Positions 61,146 to 64,000 of a stretch of 64,000 nt of DNA are shown in pieces. The notes under the pieces are model-generated. The model saw nothing but the letters and a program-made list of their open reading frames with translations. It was not told the origin of the DNA and did no database searches. Within the stretch, counting starts at the first letter, position 1. Each line of letters opens with the position of its first letter. Origin of the DNA: a candidate division WOR-3 bacterium UBA6260 (lineage in GTDB: Bacteria; Hydrothermota; 32-111); NCBI GenBank assembly GCA_002441125.1, contig DJVI01000009.1, positions 8,175 to 72,174 on the forward strand, given 5' to 3'. The translations under genes were made by a program, and so were the position numbers.

Positions 61146-62171
61146 TTACCTTTTTTTCAGAAAAATTTTTTTTCCATTTTTGGAAGCTTCATATATAGCC
61201 ATAATAAGCTCTAAAGATTTTCTTCCCTCATCTCCATCAGTTAAAGGGAAACCCTTTTCTTCAAGTGAATTTAAAACATTATCATAGTATGCGAAATGAC
61301 CTTCTCCATAAACATTTTTGGGAATATAGTTGACCTTCTCGACCAATGAATCGTCATCGTCATATTTTTCGAATTCCCATTTTTCTATTCTGTTTAGGGC
61401 TGTTCCCCCGACTTTAACTGTTCCCTTTTCTCCAATAACTGTTATTGATCCTTCATAATTTCTTGGATATGTAAGCATTGTTACCTGTAAAACACCTAAA
61501 GCCCCATTTTTGTACCTTAGAACTGCTCCGCCGGAATCTTCAGCTTCTATTTTTCTTGCAAGTCTTGCTGTTATTGAAACTACCTCTTTTACTTCTCCAC
61601 CGAGCCAGACCATAAGATCAACATAATGGGAAGCTTGATTTAAAAATGCACCTCCATCATATTTCCAAGTTCCCCTCCATTTAGCCTGATCATAATATTC
61701 CTGAGGTCTATTCCAGAATACCGTTGAGTTAATAAAATATATTTTTTCAAATCTATTCTTCTCTATAGCTCTTTTTAAAAGTTGTATAGTCGGATTCAAC
61801 CTGTTTTGCTTTACAACAAAAAGTTTCACCTTATTTTTTTTGCATTCGGAAATGAGTTTATCTGCATCTTTTAGATTAACAGCCATAGGTTTTTCAGTTA
61901 AAACATTTATCCTTTTTTTTGCTGCCATAATACCATGAACTGGATGTAAACCTGAAGGAGTACATATTGCAAGTAGATCCATACTCTCTTTTGAAATCAT
62001 ATCTTCTAAATTTTTGTAGTATGGAACAGAAAATCTTTCAGAAACTTTTTTGGCTTTCTCTAAAACTATATCACAAACTGAAACCAATTTTATCCTATCT
62101 TTAAAATTCTCATAAACTTCAAAATGTTTTTCAGATATTCTTCCACACCCAACAAGACCAACCTTTATCAT
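61146..62171 (-). CDS. Gfo/Idh/MocA-family oxidoreductase
   Basis: 341 aa. N-terminal KVGLVGCGRISEKH Rossmann pattern. Confidence 0.75.
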   Translation of the reverse strand: MIKVGLVGCGRISEKHFEVYENFKDRIKLVSVCDIVLEKAKKVSERFSVPYYKNLEDMISKESMDLLAICTPSGLHPVHGIMAAKKRINVLTEKPMAVNLKDADKLISECKKNKVKLFVVKQNRLNPTIQLLKRAIEKNRFEKIYFINSTVFWNRPQEYYDQAKWRGTWKYDGGAFLNQASHYVDLMVWLGGEVKEVVSITARLARKIEAEDSGGAVLRYKNGALGVLQVTMLTYPRNYEGSITVIGEKGTVKVGGTALNRIEKWEFEKYDDDDSLVEKVNYIPKNVYGEGHFAYYDNVLNSLEEKGFPLTDGDEGRKSLELIMAIYEASKNGKKIFLKKR

Positions 62172-63112
62172 AAAACACCTCTAAAATATTCAATAGTTTT
62201 TAAAATCCCAACTTCTATAGGAATATTGTTTTTATATTTTAAAACTTTTTTTGCAAGAGAAAGATCAGGTTTTCTTTTAACAGGATCATCTTTAGGTAAA
62301 TCTTTGAAAATTATTTTCGATTTTGATCCTGTCAATTTTATAACTATATTTGCAAGATCTATTACTCTGATCTCTTCATCTGAACCAAGGTTTACAGGCC
62401 CTGTAAAATCATCTTTGCTCTCACTCAAACTTATTATCCCTCTCAAAAGATCATCTATATAACAAAAGGATCTGGTTTGGTTACCATCTCCATAAACAGT
62501 TATATAATCATCTTTTAATGCCTGAACTATAAAATTTGATACTACCCTTCCATCATCTTTTGACATGAATTCACCAAAAGTGTTGAATATCCTGCAAACT
62601 TTAATTTTAATTTTAAAATTTCTAAAATATTCAAAAGTCAAGGTTTCAGCTACTCTTTTCCCCTCATCATAACAAGCCCTGATTCCAATTGGGTTAACAT
62701 TACCCCAATAATTCTCGTTCTGAGGATGAACAAGTGGGTCGCCATATATTTCAGAAGTTGAAGAAAAAATAAATTTTGCCCCGCTTTTTTTAGCAACTTC
62801 GAGCATATTCAAAGTTCCCGTAAAGTTAGTTTTCAATGTTTCTATAGGGTATCTCTGATAAAACTTTGGTGAAGCCATCGAAGCGAGATGAAAAATTTTA
62901 TCTATATTTTTATACTCTATTTTTATATTTTTTGAAACATCTTTCTTTAAAAATTCAAAATTTTTATATTTTCTTAAAATTTTTAAATTTCTTTCTGAAC
63001 CTGATGATAGATTATCTATTCCTAAAATCCTTTCCCCATTCTTCAAAAGTTTTAAAGATAGATTTGTTCCAATAAAACCAGCACAACCTGTTATAACTGT
63101 TATTTTCACCAT
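62168..63112 (-). CDS. NAD-dependent nucleotide-sugar epimerase/dehydratase (UDP-glucuronate decarboxylase-like)
   Basis: 314 aa. VITGCAGFIGTNL. Catalytic YxxxK (ACYDEGKR). Confidence 0.7.
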   Translation of the reverse strand: MVKITVITGCAGFIGTNLSLKLLKNGERILGIDNLSSGSERNLKILRKYKNFEFLKKDVSKNIKIEYKNIDKIFHLASMASPKFYQRYPIETLKTNFTGTLNMLEVAKKSGAKFIFSSTSEIYGDPLVHPQNENYWGNVNPIGIRACYDEGKRVAETLTFEYFRNFKIKIKVCRIFNTFGEFMSKDDGRVVSNFIVQALKDDYITVYGDGNQTRSFCYIDDLLRGIISLSESKDDFTGPVNLGSDEEIRVIDLANIVIKLTGSKSKIIFKDLPKDDPVKRKPDLSLAKKVLKYKNNIPIEVGILKTIEYFRGVL

Positions 63113-64000
63113 CCGATTCCTTTATAATTTTTTGAACTTTTCTTTTCTGGAAACATGTTAACAAGGTCAATTATTAAGATTTCTTTTTTTTGATAAGAAT
63201 TTAGAATCTCTCTATAAGAATTGTCCCTATTTGCAATAACAACAATCTCGACACTATCCAAAAATTTTTCTCCATCTTCAACAAGTATTTCGGAAATGTG
63301 TTTTATTTCCCTTTCAATATACTCTCTGTTGGAACCAACGAGTTTTGATAATTTTACATTCTCATCATATATTAAAACATTTTTACCTTTCCCAAGTAGT
63401 TTCTCAACAAGAACAACCGCTGGGGATTCTCTAAGATCATCTGTTCCGCTTTTGAATGTGATCCCCATAACTCCAATATTATTAAACTTCTCTTTCAAAA
63501 TTATATCAAAAGCCCAATCAATGTGTATAATGTTTGAATTCATAATATTTTCAATTATAGGTAAAGACAAACCGTTCTTTTTTGATTCATAAGATAAAGC
63601 TCTTACATCTTTTGGTAAACAGGAACCTCCGAATGCAAAACCTGGTCTTAGATAATATTCAGAAATGTTGAGTTTCCTATCCATAAGAAAAAGTTCCATA
63701 ACCTCTCTACTGTCTAATCCCTTCTTTTTGCAAATCCTTGCAATCTCATTTGCAAAACCAACTTTTAAACCATGGAAAGTGTTGTTAACATATTTTAACA
63801 TTTCTGCTGTTTTTATAGATGTTACAATAAAAGGTGCTTCAAGAAAAGAATACATCTGCCTTATAATTTTTTCACTCTGTTCACATTCACAACCTATAAG
63901 AGTAAAAGGTGGATTGTAAAAATCGTTTACTGCGTTTCCTTCCCTTAAAAATTCCGGGTTGGAAATAACATCAAAATCTTTTTTTCTTTTTTTACCACTT
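63106..64000 (-). CDS. UDP-glucose/GDP-mannose 6-dehydrogenase family (N-terminus beyond window edge)
   Basis: The ORF-track ATG at 63855 is internal. The frame stays open upstream and reads ...NPEFLREGNAVNDFYNPPFTLIG..., then GFAFGGSCLPKDVRAL with the catalytic Cys of nucleotide-sugar dehydrogenases. Confidence 0.8.
   Translation of the reverse strand, partial: SGKKRKKDFDVISNPEFLREGNAVNDFYNPPFTLIGCECEQSEKIIRQMYSFLEAPFIVTSIKTAEMLKYVNNTFHGLKVGFANEIARICKKKGLDSREVMELFLMDRKLNISEYYLRPGFAFGGSCLPKDVRALSYESKKNGLSLPIIENIMNSNIIHIDWAFDIILKEKFNNIGVMGITFKSGTDDLRESPAVVLVEKLLGKGKNVLIYDENVKLSKLVGSNREYIEREIKHISEILVEDGEKFLDSVEIVVIANRDNSYREILNSYQKKEILIIDLVNMFPEKKSSKNYKGIGW

Overview
This window reads as an AT-rich bacterial chromosome, dense with genes and mostly housekeeping. 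The T9SS-type C-terminal sorting domain and the GWxTD-domain paralogs suggest an FCB-group (Ignavibacteria-like) lineage, but that is inference only. In order, the housekeeping content is: an ackA-hbd-ndk-arcC fermentation cluster, murJ/acpS, mutS2, rpsU, two polysaccharide/glycan clusters (GT4/GT2 glycosyltransferases with a Wzm/Wzt-type ABC exporter; NeuB/CapD/DegT/UGDH with a NodU-type carbamoyltransferase), a dapB-aminotransferase-lysC-asd lysine operon, nadB-hpf-hprK with orphan mannose-type PTS EIIA/EIIB, an MCP gene, mglBA, a four-subunit 2-oxoacid:ferredoxin oxidoreductase operon, rlmN and lemA.

The stand-out region is a ~10 kb island at about 5939-15983. It is visibly more AT-rich than its flanks and is bracketed by a perfect 38-bp direct repeat. 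It carries a single minus-strand operon with four genes:
- a PLD-family nuclease fused to an SNF2/DEAH helicase (1052 aa);
- an MmeI/PglX-family gamma-class N6-adenine DNA methyltransferase (1074 aa) whose N-terminal nuclease motif looks non-canonical;
- a 307-aa unknown protein whose start overlaps the methyltransferase stop (ATGA), possibly DUF3800-like;
- a KAP-family P-loop NTPase with N-terminal transmembrane helices.

I could not fit this gene set to BREX (no PglZ, BrxC or PglY), to DISARM (no DrmA or DrmB) or to a single-chain Type ISP enzyme. I therefore flag it as a candidate undescribed split ATP-dependent restriction-modification/defense system. A ~100-bp duplicated copy of the methyltransferase 3' end plus the downstream start-codon junction lies just past the 307-aa gene, which suggests a cassette-insertion footprint. 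No tRNA, rRNA, CRISPR array, integrase or transposase was recognised anywhere in the window.
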